Below are positions 11,315-24,518 of a DNA stretch of 64,000 nucleotides, piece after piece (position 1 is the first letter of the stretch; each line of letters begins with the position of its first letter). The notes under the pieces are model-generated. The model was given only the letters and a program-made list of their open reading frames with translations. It did not search any database and was not told the DNA's origin. This DNA comes from Octopus sinensis. Lineage: Eukaryota. Where the stretch lies: positions 82,212,001 to 82,276,000 of the forward strand of contig NC_043004.1 of the NCBI RefSeq assembly GCF_006345805.1, in the 5' to 3' direction. The position numbers were made by a program, and so were the translations under genes.

Positions 11315-14300
11315 GTTTATTAATAATAATAATAAATGTACGAAAAACTACACGTGCGAAATAATGTGACAACAGAAATAAACGGACCGGTACCCTACGA
11401 AAATAACGACCGTCAAAATAATGGGCCGGACGTTGTACCTCATGTCCCGCAAATAAAACCCAAAAGACGTAAATGGACACGTGAGGAATACATTTCTATC
11501 TTACACGCATACTTCACAGCAATGCTCTACCCAAAAAATGAAAATATAACAACACATACATATAAAATATGGAAGGAAAATAATAGATATGTAGACTTGG
11601 ATACAGCAATGAACCCTAATAAATTAGCTAACGTACGAAGATACATTCTCAAAGCCAAAAAAATATCAGAAATAGAAATAGAACATTTAAAAGAAAAAAA
11701 TACACACAGGAAATGTAGATAGAACCACACAACAATGCCCAATAATATAAACACTGAAACTGTAAAACACGAAGACAAACGCAACATTCCCAACAAACAC
11801 GATGTAAACAACGAAGGGGAGCCTAATGATTATGATAATATAAAAATAAAATAATCAAAGAACTGAAAACCACAGAGCCCAAAATGGACACCGACCATAC
11901 CTCCCAAGAATAAAAATAAACGAAATAACAACACCATTATAAACAGCATAAACCTAGCCGTCACTGAACTAGCCACTGAAACAAAAAAAAAGTGATATCA
12001 CTGAACTAAATGACTTGATATACGCACAGCCACTGCAGCCACAAAAGAAAGCTGGATACTCACCAACCCAACCCCCAAACAGGAGTACCACCACCCAACA
12101 AACCCTGTGGATAAAATAACATCCAAAACAAAATTAAAAAAATTAGAAAAGACCTGTCGATTCTTAATGAAATCAGCAAACAATCAACGCTACTGAGCAA
12201 CAAAAAGAGAACAAAAATGCTCCGCAAATATAACATCACAGAAAAAGATTTGCCGGAGATAAAAGAAAAGCTGAAGCAAGATATCCTTGCCAAAGTTCAA
12301 AGGATCCGCCGGTACGAGAAACGCCAACGCTTCTTTGAACAGAACAAAAGTTCAACTCCAACCCCAAAAAGTTCTACCAAAACTGGGAAAAAATAAAATA
12401 GAAGTCACTGCAGCACCAACGGCAGAAGAATTGGAAGAATTCTGGAGAGAAATATGGTCGGCGAACGAACAGCCAAAAAAAAGGAGTATCAAAATAACAA
12501 ACTCAACTCGGCATCTGAACAACTTTGGACCCCCCATAACAACTGAAGAGGTCACCCAGGCACTGCAAAGACTAAGCAACTGGAAGGCACCTGGGCATGA
12601 CAAGATCCCCAACTTCTGGTTGAAATATCTAACAGGAATGCACAAAAAGCTGGCTGAAAACTTTAACACCATGCTAGCAGAGCCAGAGACAATGCCTGAA
12701 TGGCTCACGAAGGGGAAAACCATCTTAATTCCCAAATCAAATGAAACAGCAAAACCAGAAAACTACAGACCAATAACCTGCCTCCCTACTATGTTCAAGG
12801 CATTTACTGCAGTGATATCGCAAAGGCTGAACAAGCACCTGGACGAAAACAAACTGTTCCCAGAAAGAGAAAGGATGCCGCAAAGGCTCATATGGCTGTA
12901 AAGATCAACTAATGATTAATAAAGCTGTAACTGAAGACAGCCACAGAAAGAAGAAAGGCCTCAGTATGGCCTGGATTGACTACAAAAAAGGCGTTGATAG
13001 CATCCCCCACATGGATCCTCGAAACACTAGCCATTAACAAAGTAGCACCAACAATCATAAAATTCATAGAGCACCTATGAATAAATGGCAAACAGTCCTA
13101 CACCTCCAAACAAAAGAGGGACTCATGAAAACCAAAAACATCCCATTAGAAGAGGAATATTCCAGGGAGACACGCTCTCTCCACTCCTTTTCTGCTTGGC
13201 ACTGTCACCTCTATCTGATATGCTAAATAGAACTGGATGCGGATATAAATGTTACGGCAAAACGATCAGCCACCTTTTATATATGGATGACCTAAAATTA
13301 TACGCTGCAAATGACAAACAGCTGGAAACACTATTAAAGACAGTTCATGGATTTACCAAAGAAATAGATATGAAATTTGGATTAGAAAAATGCGCCAAAG
13401 TAACCATGAAAAGAGGAAAACTAGTTAAGAGTAACATCACACTAGATAAAACCAATGAAATAAAAGAATTAGACCAAAGCCAACTTACAAATACTTAGGA
13501 ATCCATGAACTAGATAAGACACAACACACACAAATGAAAGAGAAAATAAAAAAAGATATTATAGACGAGTTAGATCAATACTAAAAACAGAGCTCAATGC
13601 TAAAAACAAGAAATAGGTATCAACACTTTAGCTGTCCCAGTTATAAGTTACAGCTACAATATCCTTAACTGGACACGAAATGAACTGACCAAATATATGA
13701 AAACAAGAAAAATACTGACAGGATCTAGGATGCATCACCCAAAATCTGACATAGAAAGACTATATATACAACGTATAGAAGGTGGTAGAGGCCTATAACA
13801 GCTGGAAAACTACTATAAAATAGCCACCATAGGACTGCAAAAATACCTACTTACTTCAGAAGGAAGGAAACTGATCCAGATAGCGGCAAAACACGACGCA
13901 AAACAAAAAACTGTTCTCAGTATTTAAGGAAGCTGACAAATACAAACAAGAAATCATACCACCTAATAAACACGAAGAAGAAGAAGAAGATGATGAAGAA
14001 CAACAAAAGCTATAAAACAATGAAATCCAACTAAAAATAGAACAGCAACGAACCATGATAAAACGATGGCAGAAAAGCCCCTTCATGGTAAATACTGCAC
14101 TAAACTAAACGCAAAAGAATAGACAAAGAAAAATCCCAGCAATGGTTGAGAAGCTCAGGACTCAAAGTAGAAACAGAGGGATTTTTAATTGCAGCACAAG
14201 ACCAAAGCCTCCCCACCAGAAATTACCAAAAAAATGTAATGAAAAGAAATATTACAAGACTGCAGAATATGTGGAGATGGACAAGAACAATAAATCATAT

Positions 14301-14938
14301 TATCTCTAGCTGCCCAGTCCTGGCTAAGAAGGAATATATTCACAGACATGACAGAGTTGGAACCTACATACATTGGAAGCTATGCCAACATTATGGAATA
14401 ACAACAGAAAAAAGATGGTATAGGCACACACCAGAAAATGTCACAGAAAACGAGAAAGCACCATACTCTGGGATATGCCGATACACACAGATAGAGAAAT
14501 TAAGGCCAACAGACCAGATATAGTTGTCAGAGATCATGAAGGAAAAAAAATGCTTTCTATTGATGTATCAATACCGGCAGATGACAACGTGTCTCTAAAA
14601 GAAATGGAGAAACTCTCAAAATACAAAGACCTGGAAATAGAGGTAACTAGAATGTGGAATCTGAAAACGAAACAATTCCTATCATAGTAGGTGTATTAGG
14701 CATGATAAAAAAATTCAGACAAATACATGACAAAAACACCAGGACTTACAAACACATATAACATACAGAAAATTGCACTACTAGGCACTGCACACATCCT
14801 ACGCAGAAACTTTCCATACAATAACCATCAGAGCATCACACAACAAATCACAGCACATACCCAAGGCACACAGAGCTGCGCTCGGTTGTGAAGTGAAAGC
14901 ACGCTATAAAAATAAAACTACTGAATAATAATAATATA

Positions 14939-15012
<74 letters not shown>
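11311..15012 (+). mobile_element. Near full-length Dong/R4 family 1 retrotransposon, frameshifted, flanked by (TAA)n
   Basis: N-terminal RRKWTREEY; RT WKAPGHDKIPNFWLK, NYRPITCL, RGIFQGDTLSPLLF and HLLYMDDLKLYA; CCHC NHIISSCPVL..RHDRV; RLE RPDIVV..IDVSIP..EKLSKYK; (TAA)n on both sides. Confidence 0.95.
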
Positions 15013-15013
<1 letters not shown>

Positions 15014-15282
15014 GACACACGAGATGTCGAAATATCATTCACTAGATGACAATGGCACTCTTCTTTTAATTATGACTCCATACTTTCTGGAGGAGTTACC
15101 TCAATCCTTTATATATTAACCAAAGTGAAGTAGATTGACAAATTTATTTTTTGAACCTGTCAAAGACACGCAAGATATCAAAATATCGTTCACGAGGTGA
15201 CAATGGCACTCTTCTTTTAATTTGATTCTAATAATAATAATAATGGTAATAATAATAATAACAATGATAATAATAATAATAA

Positions 15283-15314
<32 letters not shown>

Positions 15315-15395
15315 TGATAATGATAATAATAATAATAATAATAATAAAATAATAATAATAATAATAATAATAATGGTAATAAAATAATAACAATG

Positions 15396-15431
<36 letters not shown>

Positions 15432-15448
15432 TAATAATAATAATGATA

Positions 15449-15502
<54 letters not shown>

Positions 15503-15503
<1 letters not shown>

Positions 15504-16036
15504 GAGTTCAGTACCAGGCAGTGGCTCTCATGGCTTCTGATCTTAACCGATTGGAAGTGTTATCATGTACATTGTTTTGTTTTGGTATAAAAGATGGGCT
15601 ACAGCAAATATTCTGCTCAATACCACAGATTTGCTTGTCAGTTGCTTGACCTTAACCAGTTGAGCATGTCCCTTAGTGGCTGACGATATGTGCATCTCTT
15701 GATCACGAGCAGAAGAAGTAGTGGAGAGCATCATAGCCATGTGTTGAGAGGGATTCTTTGGGGTTTGAATAATTCACCTCTGGAAACATGGGTGGTTCTT
15801 TCAACATCCTTAAACAACCTTATTCAGGGACCTTTTGAGCGGGATGGGCTACTCAACCTGAAGAAAATTCTAACTGGGCCCCACCTGAAAGGTCATGTGC
15901 GGTTTATCTTGTTATGAGATCACCATGTCGTGCACATATGGTTGTGATGCATGTGACGGGTAGTCATGATGGGTATATTGGGCTTCGTATATTTTACCCC
16001 AGTATCACTTTGATGGCATGAACTGCTCTCTCACTC
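15503..16036 (+). mobile_element. Unclassified ~530-bp non-coding element embedded in (TAA)n, probably a 5'-truncated SINE
   Basis: Sharp (TAA)n boundaries on both sides and no ORF. Its start gagttcagtaccaggcagtg resembles the B-box fragment gagttcgattccaggcagtg at 25644-25663 (minus). Confidence 0.5.
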
Positions 16037-16079
<43 letters not shown>

Positions 16080-16269
16080 TAATAATAATAATAAGAAGAA
16101 GAAATAAAACAAAAAGAAGAAATAGAAGTGGAGGAGGGGAATTAGAGGACGTTTCCCTCAGAAAGTTTTGTTTCAAATTGTTTAAATTAGTTCCTCATTA
16201 AAATGTCTGCATATACCTCAGGAATTGTCTTTGCAAAGACACTGAAATGTTTAAAGAAAAAGCAATAAA

Positions 16270-16507
16270 TCTGAAAGGATTTGAACTCTGACCGTGAAGT
16301 CTGACAAAATGCCGCCAAGAATCTTTCCCGGCATACTAACGATTACATCGACCCCAGTGTTTAGAGCTGGTACTTATTTTATGTACCTCGAGGAGGATTA
16401 AAGGCAAAATCGGTCTCGGTAGAATTTGAACTCAATTCGTAAAGACGGACGAAGTATCGTGATGTGTTTTTTCCGGTGTGCTAACGCTTCTGCCAGGCCG
16501 CCGCCTT
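16270..16507 (-). mobile_element. SINE family C, degenerate
   Basis: Reverse-complement homology to 8168-8340. Confidence 0.7.
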
Positions 16508-16675
16508 AACAACAACAACAACAACAGCAGCAGTAGCAGCAGCAACAACAACAACAACAACAACAACAGCAGCAGTAGCAGCAGCAACAACAACAACAAC
16601 AACAACAACACAACAACAACAACAACAACAACACAACAACAACAACAATAGCAACAGCAGCAGCAGAAACAACAG

Positions 16676-16731
<56 letters not shown>

Positions 16732-16740
16732 GCAACAACA

Positions 16741-17123
16741 GTGGAAACGCAATGACCCACTGGTTAGGGCAGCGGACTTGCGGTCGGAGGATCGTGGTTT
16801 CGATTCCCAGACCGGGCGTTGTGTGTTTATTGAGCGAAAACACATAAAGCTCCACGAGGCTCCGGCAGGAGGTGGTGGCGACCCCTGTTGTACTCTTTCT
16901 CTCCAACTTTCTCTCACTCTCTCTTCCTGCTTCCTGTCCCCGACTTCCTATGCAACCGCTGAGCCTGGATCCGCATTCACCCATCCGTCGATGCTCTCGG
17001 TGTCGGGGGTTGACCTGCTTTCTATTCTGCGGGTCTTACGAATAGCAAAGGACCACGTTTCGGACTTCTCCCACTGCGAGCACTGGGACGAAGTCCCCTT
17101 CGCTCAACAAACAAACAAACAAG
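16741..17123 (+). mobile_element. SINE family A, tail type 2 with (AAAC)n end, inserted in (CAA)n/(CAG)n
   Basis: Family A head and core followed by a different 3' half; TSD cagcaacaaca at 16730-16740 and 17124-17134. Confidence 0.88.
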
Positions 17124-17272
17124 CAGCAACAACAACGCCCTCTCAACGATCAGCCAGAGATGATTTTTAAAATGAGAATATCTGCGATAAACTCTACTGC
17201 TCTCACAAACGAGAATACCAAAAGATGAACCCGACCGCTCTCGACAATTAATTAAATTTTATCTTAAAATTT

Positions 17273-17592
17273 TACTTAATTTATCGACCCCCAAAAGGAT
17301 GAAAGGTAAAGTCCACCATGGTGGAATTTCAATTTAGAACGTAAAGACGGATGAAATACCTATTTCTTTACTACCCACAAGGGGCTAAACATGGTAGGGA
17401 CAATCAAGGACAGACATAGGTATTAAGTCGTTTACATCGACACCAGTGCGTAACTGGTACTTAATTTATCGACCCGAAAGGATGAAAGGTAAAGTCCATC
17501 GTGGCGGAATTTGAATTTAGAACGTAAAGACGGATGAAATACCGCTAAGCATTTAGACCGGCGTGCCAACGATTCTGCCAGCTCAACGCCTT
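17273..17592 (-). mobile_element. SINE family C with internal duplication
   Basis: Reverse-complement homology to 8168-8480. Confidence 0.85.
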
Positions 17593-17699
17593 AATAGTAA
17601 CAATAATAACAAAATTCATAATCCTATCTGCAATTAATAATATAAAGCGTCCGACTCAGGAATATAAAATAGGTAATAAAAGAACAATGATGTTAATAT

Positions 17700-18083
17700 G
17701 GAAGCACTCCGTCGGTTACGACGACGAGGGTTCCGGTTGATCCGAATCAACGGAACAGCCTGCTCGTGAAATTAACGTGTAAGTGGCTGAGCACTCCACA
17801 GACACGTGTACCCTTAACGTAGTTCTCGGGGATATTCAGCGTGACACAGAGAGTGACAAGGCCGGCCCTTTGAAATACAGGTACAACAGAAACAGGAAGT
17901 AAGAATGAGAGAAAGTTGTCGTGAAAGAGTACAGCAGGGATCACCACCACCTCCTGCCGGAGCCTCGTGGAGCTTTAGGTGTTTTCGCTCAATAAACACT
18001 CACAACGCCCGGTCTGGGAATTGAAACCGCGACCCTATGACCGCGAGTCCGCTGCCCTAACCACTGGGCCATTGCGCCTCCAC
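17700..18083 (-). mobile_element. SINE family A, tail type 1
   Basis: TSD gatgttaatat at 17689-17699 and 18084-18094; near-identical to 1274-1655. Confidence 0.93.
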
Positions 18084-18440
18084 GATGTTAATATAAGACA
18101 TCAATGATAATATAATTCTCAAGAGAGAATAAGGGAAGAGGATGTAAGATGTAAGGAAATGGTGAGGCCTAGAGTGGGGACCTGTGAGAGGGTGAGTGAT
18201 GTACGAGAAAATAAAGGGAAGCTATTCATATGAGGAAGAATGAATTTACTGATTTGCATTGAATGTATGATTAGATTTATCTCGAGAAATTTACTAACAA
18301 CTTATTCCCAAATGGGCTGCAGGGTTTCATACTACACACGCACAAAGACACACACACGCACACACACGCACAAGCGCACACACACAAGCGCGCACACACA
18401 CACACACACACACGCGTGTGTGTATATATGTGTATACAGA

Positions 18441-18920
18441 AGTGGCTGTGTGGTAAGAAGCTTGCTTCCCAACGGCATTGCTCCAGGTTCAGTTCCTCTG
18501 CGTGGCACCTTGGGCAAGAGTCTTCTACTTTAGTTCTCAGCTGACCAAAGCCTTGTGAGCGGATTTGGTAGACGGAAACTGAAAGAAGCCCGTCGTCTAT
18601 GAGTGTATATATGATAAATATATATATATTCTAGCAAAAACTGTCCGATGAACGGCAACGGGAAACTCAGAGTAACAGGTTTTGTTGAATTTTCTGCTGC
18701 TTTAAATAAAGCGTATTACTCTACCACTGGTATTTGAGTACTCTTTTTTCCACTTTGTTTCACATTTATGTGTTTACTCCGGTATATATATATATATATA
18801 GACACATAATTATGTGTGTGTGTCTGTTTGTGTTTGTCCCTCACTACTGCTTGACAACTGGTGTTGGTTTGTTTATATCCCCGTATTTTAAAGGTTCGAC
18901 AAAATAGACACAGAAAGTAA
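18441..18920 (+). mobile_element. SINE family B carrying a PLE-like, hammerhead-bearing insert (18631-18785) in its internal microsatellite
   Basis: Head at 18441-18600 and 3' half at 18815-18920, both homologous to 23455-23901. Confidence 0.8.
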
Positions 18921-19505
18921 ATACAGATTTTTACAGTTCCAGTGATGGATTATGTATGTATGTATGTATGGTTTCATGGATGAAGATATTATAGTTTGTG
19001 CGTAATAAGGCTGCCTCACAAAGTATATATTTATTATTATTGTTCATGATGTTTCTAATGTTAACATCGTCAGAATGGATTGCACTAATTGCCCCAAACT
19101 TTTTAGTGGTGGTGCTAGTCCGGATGACTTAACGTGTACCGTTGGTTTAAGATTTACCAGGATGGCTGTGGCGTGATTTGAACTGGCAGCTAAAACCTGG
19201 AATAAATAACGCAAAGCATTAGCTCGATGATCTAATAGTTCCAACAATTCACCCCCTTGGAACAGTATATTTTTTGACCTCGAAAATATGAAGTTGACCT
19301 CGGTGGTATTCGAACTCAGAGCGAGTTGAGTCGGAACGATTAAGGCAAACCAATCTATCCAACGCTCCAATAGCTCTGCCAATTCGTCTCAGGCTAAGAT
19401 ACATTTTTGGAAAAGGGAATCTAAAATACATGAGTGGTCAAAATTATAAAGTCAAAATATCAAGAATTCACCACTACCACCACCACCACCACCACCACCA
19501 CCACC

Positions 19506-19556
<51 letters not shown>

Positions 19557-19629
19557 GTCGTCGTCGTCGTCGTCATCATTATCATCCTCCTCCTCCTCAT
19601 CATCATCATCAGCAGAAGCAACAACTGCG

Positions 19630-19950
19630 GTTTATTGGGCGAAAACACCTAAAGCTCCACGAGGTTCCGGTAGGGGTTGGTGGCGACTACTTTTGTACTC
19701 TTTCGCTCCAACTTTCTCTCACTCTTTCTTCCTGTTTATTGTCCCCGACTTCCTACGCAACCGCTGAGCCTGGATGCGCATTCATCCATACGTCGATGCT
19801 CTCGGTGTCGGGGGTTGACCTGCTTTTCTCTTCTGCTGATCTTACGAATAGCAAAGGACCACGTTTCGGACTTCTCCCACTACAGAGGCGCGATCTTGCG
19901 AGCTCCGGGACGAAGACCGCTTCGCTTAACAAACAAACAAACAAACAAAA
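19630..19950 (+). mobile_element. SINE family A core plus tail type 2, head missing
   Basis: Homologous to 16825-17122; ends in (AAAC)n. Confidence 0.85.
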
Positions 19951-20512
19951 GCAGCAACGGCAACCTCAATCTCGTAGAATATCGATGGCACTTGGAACTT
20001 CTTGAAATTCTTCTTTATCTCTAATTTTTGTTGCTTTTATTAATGGCTGGATTATTATCCCTGTAATCTTTTTCTCTGGGGACTTTACAGTCACTAACAT
20101 TTTGATTGATCACATCCCCCATAATATCTAAATTTTTATTTGTCCAGTTTATTTCTTTTATAAAGCTCCATTCAGTTAAAAAATAACTCGTCCAGCAAAC
20201 ACTACTTCAGCCTTCTTAGTATTTTCTGTAACACCAACATGAAAAACCTCATTCAATTTTCTATCAGCATTTTGAGAAGTCCAACGTTCACATCCCTACG
20301 CAGTTACTTGAAACATCAAAAAGTGTACAGAAATTTCAACAGGGTCATTTTTGTTTGTTTGTTTGATGAATTGTCCCCAATGCAATTTAAGGAGATAATG
20401 CCAGATTTTTGCCAAAGTAATCCTTTTTATCTCTTTGCTGCCATCACATTGATTGGTAATAAGAGGTTAAAGATAGCAGACATGATGCAACTCTGACTGT
20501 TTGATTATAAAT

Positions 20513-20559
<47 letters not shown>

Positions 20560-20772
20560 ATGGAAAGTATAATAGTTCTAAACATTATATGTGGAGGGGA
20601 ATGCAGATCCAAATTTGTAAAATAGAAGAGTAATAAAAATTTACTATATGTAATATATATATGTATATATCTATATATAATATAGATATATATATATATT
20701 ATATATATATATTATATATATGTATTTATATATATATATATATATTATATATATATATATATATCTATATAT

Positions 20773-20803
<31 letters not shown>

Positions 20804-20976
20804 TACATACATACATATATATATATGTATGTATGTATATGTATATATATATTTTTTTTTTCTCTCCTTGTTTTTTCTGTAGAAAAATACTTTTCAATTC
20901 CTGAGCTTTATACTAATACATCTATTTGTTTTGTACACCACCTGTCTTCGTCTTTTGTTTTTTTCGTTAACTCTTC

Positions 20977-21010
<34 letters not shown>

Positions 21011-21255
21011 TCTGCAAAGTCATATGCGAAGTATATAAATATAATTACGTACTATATATACATATATTAACAAGCACCATAAGCAAGTAGACTCTCACTG
21101 ATGGAAATGTGTACACCATTTCGCAACCCAATACACACACACACACCACACACATTATATATATATATATATATACATATATATATTACATACATACATA
21201 TATATATATACATACATACATACTACATACATATATATATATATATATATGTATC

Positions 21256-21312
<57 letters not shown>

Positions 21313-21672
21313 ATATATATATACTCTGCAAAGTCATATTAGATATGTACATATATACACAAGGGTACTACATGAGTACCTATATCGCTAATGATAGAAG
21401 TAAAAAATACTTCTGTACCACCGAATAGGCCAACAAAATTAGTTGCCGATTCTGAAGGGAATGAGGATGAAAGGATTCCGAAGAAAGTGAGATATGAATT
21501 AAGTGAGATATGCATTAAGTCGCAGTGGGCGTAAGTTCTCAAGTGGAAGATAAGACACTTATCGTCTCTGAGTTGTATTAAAAACGTAAATATACTAATG
21601 AAAGATATTTCAAACGGCAACATTTGTGTCTCATTGTGTGCCGTAGAGATTATGATTTATATAAGGCATTGG

Positions 21673-22059
21673 ATGGAAGCACTCCGTCGGTAACGACGAT
21701 GAGAGTTCCGGTTGATCCGAATCAACGGAACAGCCTGCTCGTGAAATTAACGTGTAAGTGGCTGAGCACTCCACAGACACGTTTACTCTTAATGTAGTTC
21801 TCGGGGATATTCAGCGTGACACAGAGAGTGACAAGGCCGGCCCTTTGAAATACAGGTACAACAGAAACAGGAAGTAAGAGTGAGAGAAAGTTGTGGTGAA
21901 AGAGTACAGCAGGGATCACCACCATCCCCTGCCGGAGCATCGTGGAGCTTTTAGGTGTTTTCGCTCAATAAACACACACAACGCCCGGTCTGGGAATCGA
22001 AACCGCGATCCTATGACCGCGAGTCTGCTGCCCTAACCACTGGGCCATTGCGCCTCCAC
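21673..22059 (-). mobile_element. SINE family A, tail type 1
   Basis: Near-identical to 1274-1655; imperfect TSD ataaggcattgg (21661) / ataaggtattag (22060). Confidence 0.92.
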
Positions 22060-22340
22060 ATAAGGTATTAGGTTAGTGGGGGTGCAGTTAAATTGCCCGA
22101 TAGCCTTTACGTTAATCTTGGGTATATTAGATAGGTGCATGAGGAGTATAAGTAAGACACTGAAGTCCCTGACATGTAGAAACAATGCTTTATGTGTTTC
22201 GTGAGACTATTCACCGAAAAGTCGGAAAAAATTAATCCCCGTTGAAGACTGGCATAGTGTACTGTAGGACTGATCTCCGAGCCAAATGGTTGAGAAACTA
22301 AGTTCTTAGCCACACAGCTACGCCTGGACGTATGTATAAT

Positions 22341-22395
<55 letters not shown>

Positions 22396-22628
22396 GATAT
22401 ATATATATATAAATATAGGGATGGTATTATTAAAATACCATCACGAGTGGTAAGCGAATTATCAGCCGTACAGGCAAATTAATAAAATATATACATACAA
22501 TATTAGATATGTACATATATACACAAGGGTGCTACATGAGTACCTATATCGCTAATGATAGAAGTAAAAAATACTTCTGTATCACCGAATAGTCACAAAT
22601 CCATTACACACACACAGACACACACATA

Positions 22629-22676
<48 letters not shown>

Positions 22677-22723
22677 TATATATATACATACACACAAACA
22701 CACACATATATATATATATATAC

Positions 22724-22888
22724 ACGACGGCATTCTTTCAGTTTCTGTCTACCGAATCTATTCACAAGGCTTTGGTCGGCCCGAGGCTATTAGAGAAGAC
22801 ACTTGCCCAAGGTGCCAAACCGGGCAACTGAACCCAGAATCATGTGGTTGGCAAACAAGCTTCTTACCACACAGCCACGCCTGCGCCT
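22724..22888 (-). mobile_element. SINE family B head
   Basis: Homologous to 23455-23620. Similar heads at 45578-45730 (-), 59555-59710 (-) and 60700-60835 (+). Confidence 0.85.
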
Positions 22889-22984
22889 ATGTGTGTGTGT
22901 GTGTGTGTGTGTATGTATATATATATATAAAAGTATGGGTGTGTGTTGTCTCTATGCGCGTGCCTGTGTCATTTTGTGTATGTG

Positions 22985-23402
22985 TGTATCCATCAGAAAC
23001 AGTTGTAATGCTTCAAACGACTTACAAGAACGCTGCTGTGCGCAAAACACAAGTTTACGAATGGTTTTCACGCTTTAAGATTGAATACTTGTCGCTTGAA
23101 GAACGACCGTAGACCTCTCGAATGAATGAAAGAATCATTAAAATTCCTTAACTGATCTGGGAGGACCATCACAGAAAACTTGATGAACTTGTCGATATTA
23201 CTGGTGTGTCCTGGAGTTCCTGCCAACGAATTTTGAGCGAGGAATTGCGAATGAAAAGAGTTGCAGCAAAATTTGTGCCTCACTTACTCATGGAAGATCA
23301 AAAGCAGTCACGACTGAATGTGTCATGAACTGAAATAACAGTTGGAAGTTGATCCCCACCTTTTTTCGAAGGTCACCACTTGTGACGAATACTGGTGCTA
23401 CA
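22985..23402 (+). mobile_element. mariner transposase remnant, N-terminal half
   Basis: SETVVMLQ..VYEWFSRFK, then ILSEELRMKRVAAKFVPHLL (WVPHxL-type motif) and KVTTCDEYWCY (first catalytic Asp, cf. ITGDETW). Confidence 0.88.
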
Positions 23403-23454
23403 TGAATATGTAGATGTGGAATTGGTGCAGAAAAAAAAAGAAAAAAAACGGCAG

Positions 23455-23620
23455 AGGCGCAGGAGTGGCTGTGTGGTAAGTAGCTTGCTTACCAACCACA
23501 TGGTTCCGGGTTCAGTCCCACTGCGTGGCATCTTGGGCAAGTGTCTTCTGCTATAGCCTCGGGCCGACCAAAGCCTTGTGAGTGGATTTGGTAGACAGAA
23601 ACTGAAAGAAGCCTGTCGTA

Positions 23621-23686
<66 letters not shown>

Positions 23687-23901
23687 ATATGTTTGTGAGT
23701 CTGTGGTTGTCCCCCTAGCATTGCTTGACAACCGATGCTGGTGTGTTTACGTCCCCGTCACCTAGCGGTTCGGCAAAAGAGACCGATAGAATAAGTACTA
23801 GGCTTACAAAGAATTAGTCCCGGGGTCGATTTGCTCGACTAAAGGCGGTGCTCCAGCATGGCCGCAGTCAAATGACTGAAACAAGTAAAAGAGTAAAAGA
23901 G
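23455..23901 (+). mobile_element. SINE family B, full length (tRNA-like head, CORE-like domain, internal microsatellite, AGTAAAAG tail)
   Basis: Head with GGTTCAGTCCC B-box-like motif, cttgggcaagtgtctt CORE-like motif, and a repeated tail. Full copies also at 38540-38959 and 48477-48943. Confidence 0.92.
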
Positions 23902-24287
23902 GCGTTAAATGGCATAACTGTTCCAGCATTGCTTCGAACAGTGGAAAATGCGTCTGGAACAATCCATTGCCTCAAATAGAGAATACTACGACGGCGATAA
24001 AAGTGTAAACATGTAAAGCTAAGTGAATAAAATATGTTATAAATATTTTGCAATACATAAGTGTGCGCGAGATTCTATGTATGCGTGTGTAAGTCTGTGC
24101 GTATGAATGTGTTTGTGTGCGGGTGTGTATATTTGTGTTTGTGTGAGGGTGTGTATATTACGACCATACATCATGTCGAAAATATAGTTTTTGCTATGCA
24201 ATACCTAAGTTTCTTTCTCCACGTTTAATTTCTGATTATTAGTTACATTTCAGACGCCGTTCACAAATAAAGAACTCGCGCTAGGTT

Positions 24288-24366
24288 AATAATAATAATA
24301 ATAATAATAACAATAATGATAATAATATTAATAATAATAACAACAATGACAATAATAATAACAATG

Positions 24367-24400
<34 letters not shown>

Positions 24401-24456
24401 TAAAAACAACAACAACAACAATGATGATGATGATGATGATAATAATAATAATAATG

Positions 24457-24517
<61 letters not shown>

Positions 24518-24518
24518 T
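24288..24518. repeat. Compound (TAA)/(CAA)/(TGA) microsatellite (similar tracts at 40210-40482 and 36360-36570)
   Basis: Direct inspection. Confidence 0.95.

Noticed and set aside
15163-15227. ERY-containing minus-strand frame considered as GPCR exon 2
   Set aside because: No hydrophobic TM3 context; it lies in a short direct repeat. No other GPCR exon was found in 1-49903.
19044-19382. 112-aa minus-strand ORF, and the similar 61224-61457 ORF
   Set aside because: No recognisable motif; the first overlaps a decayed SINE C.
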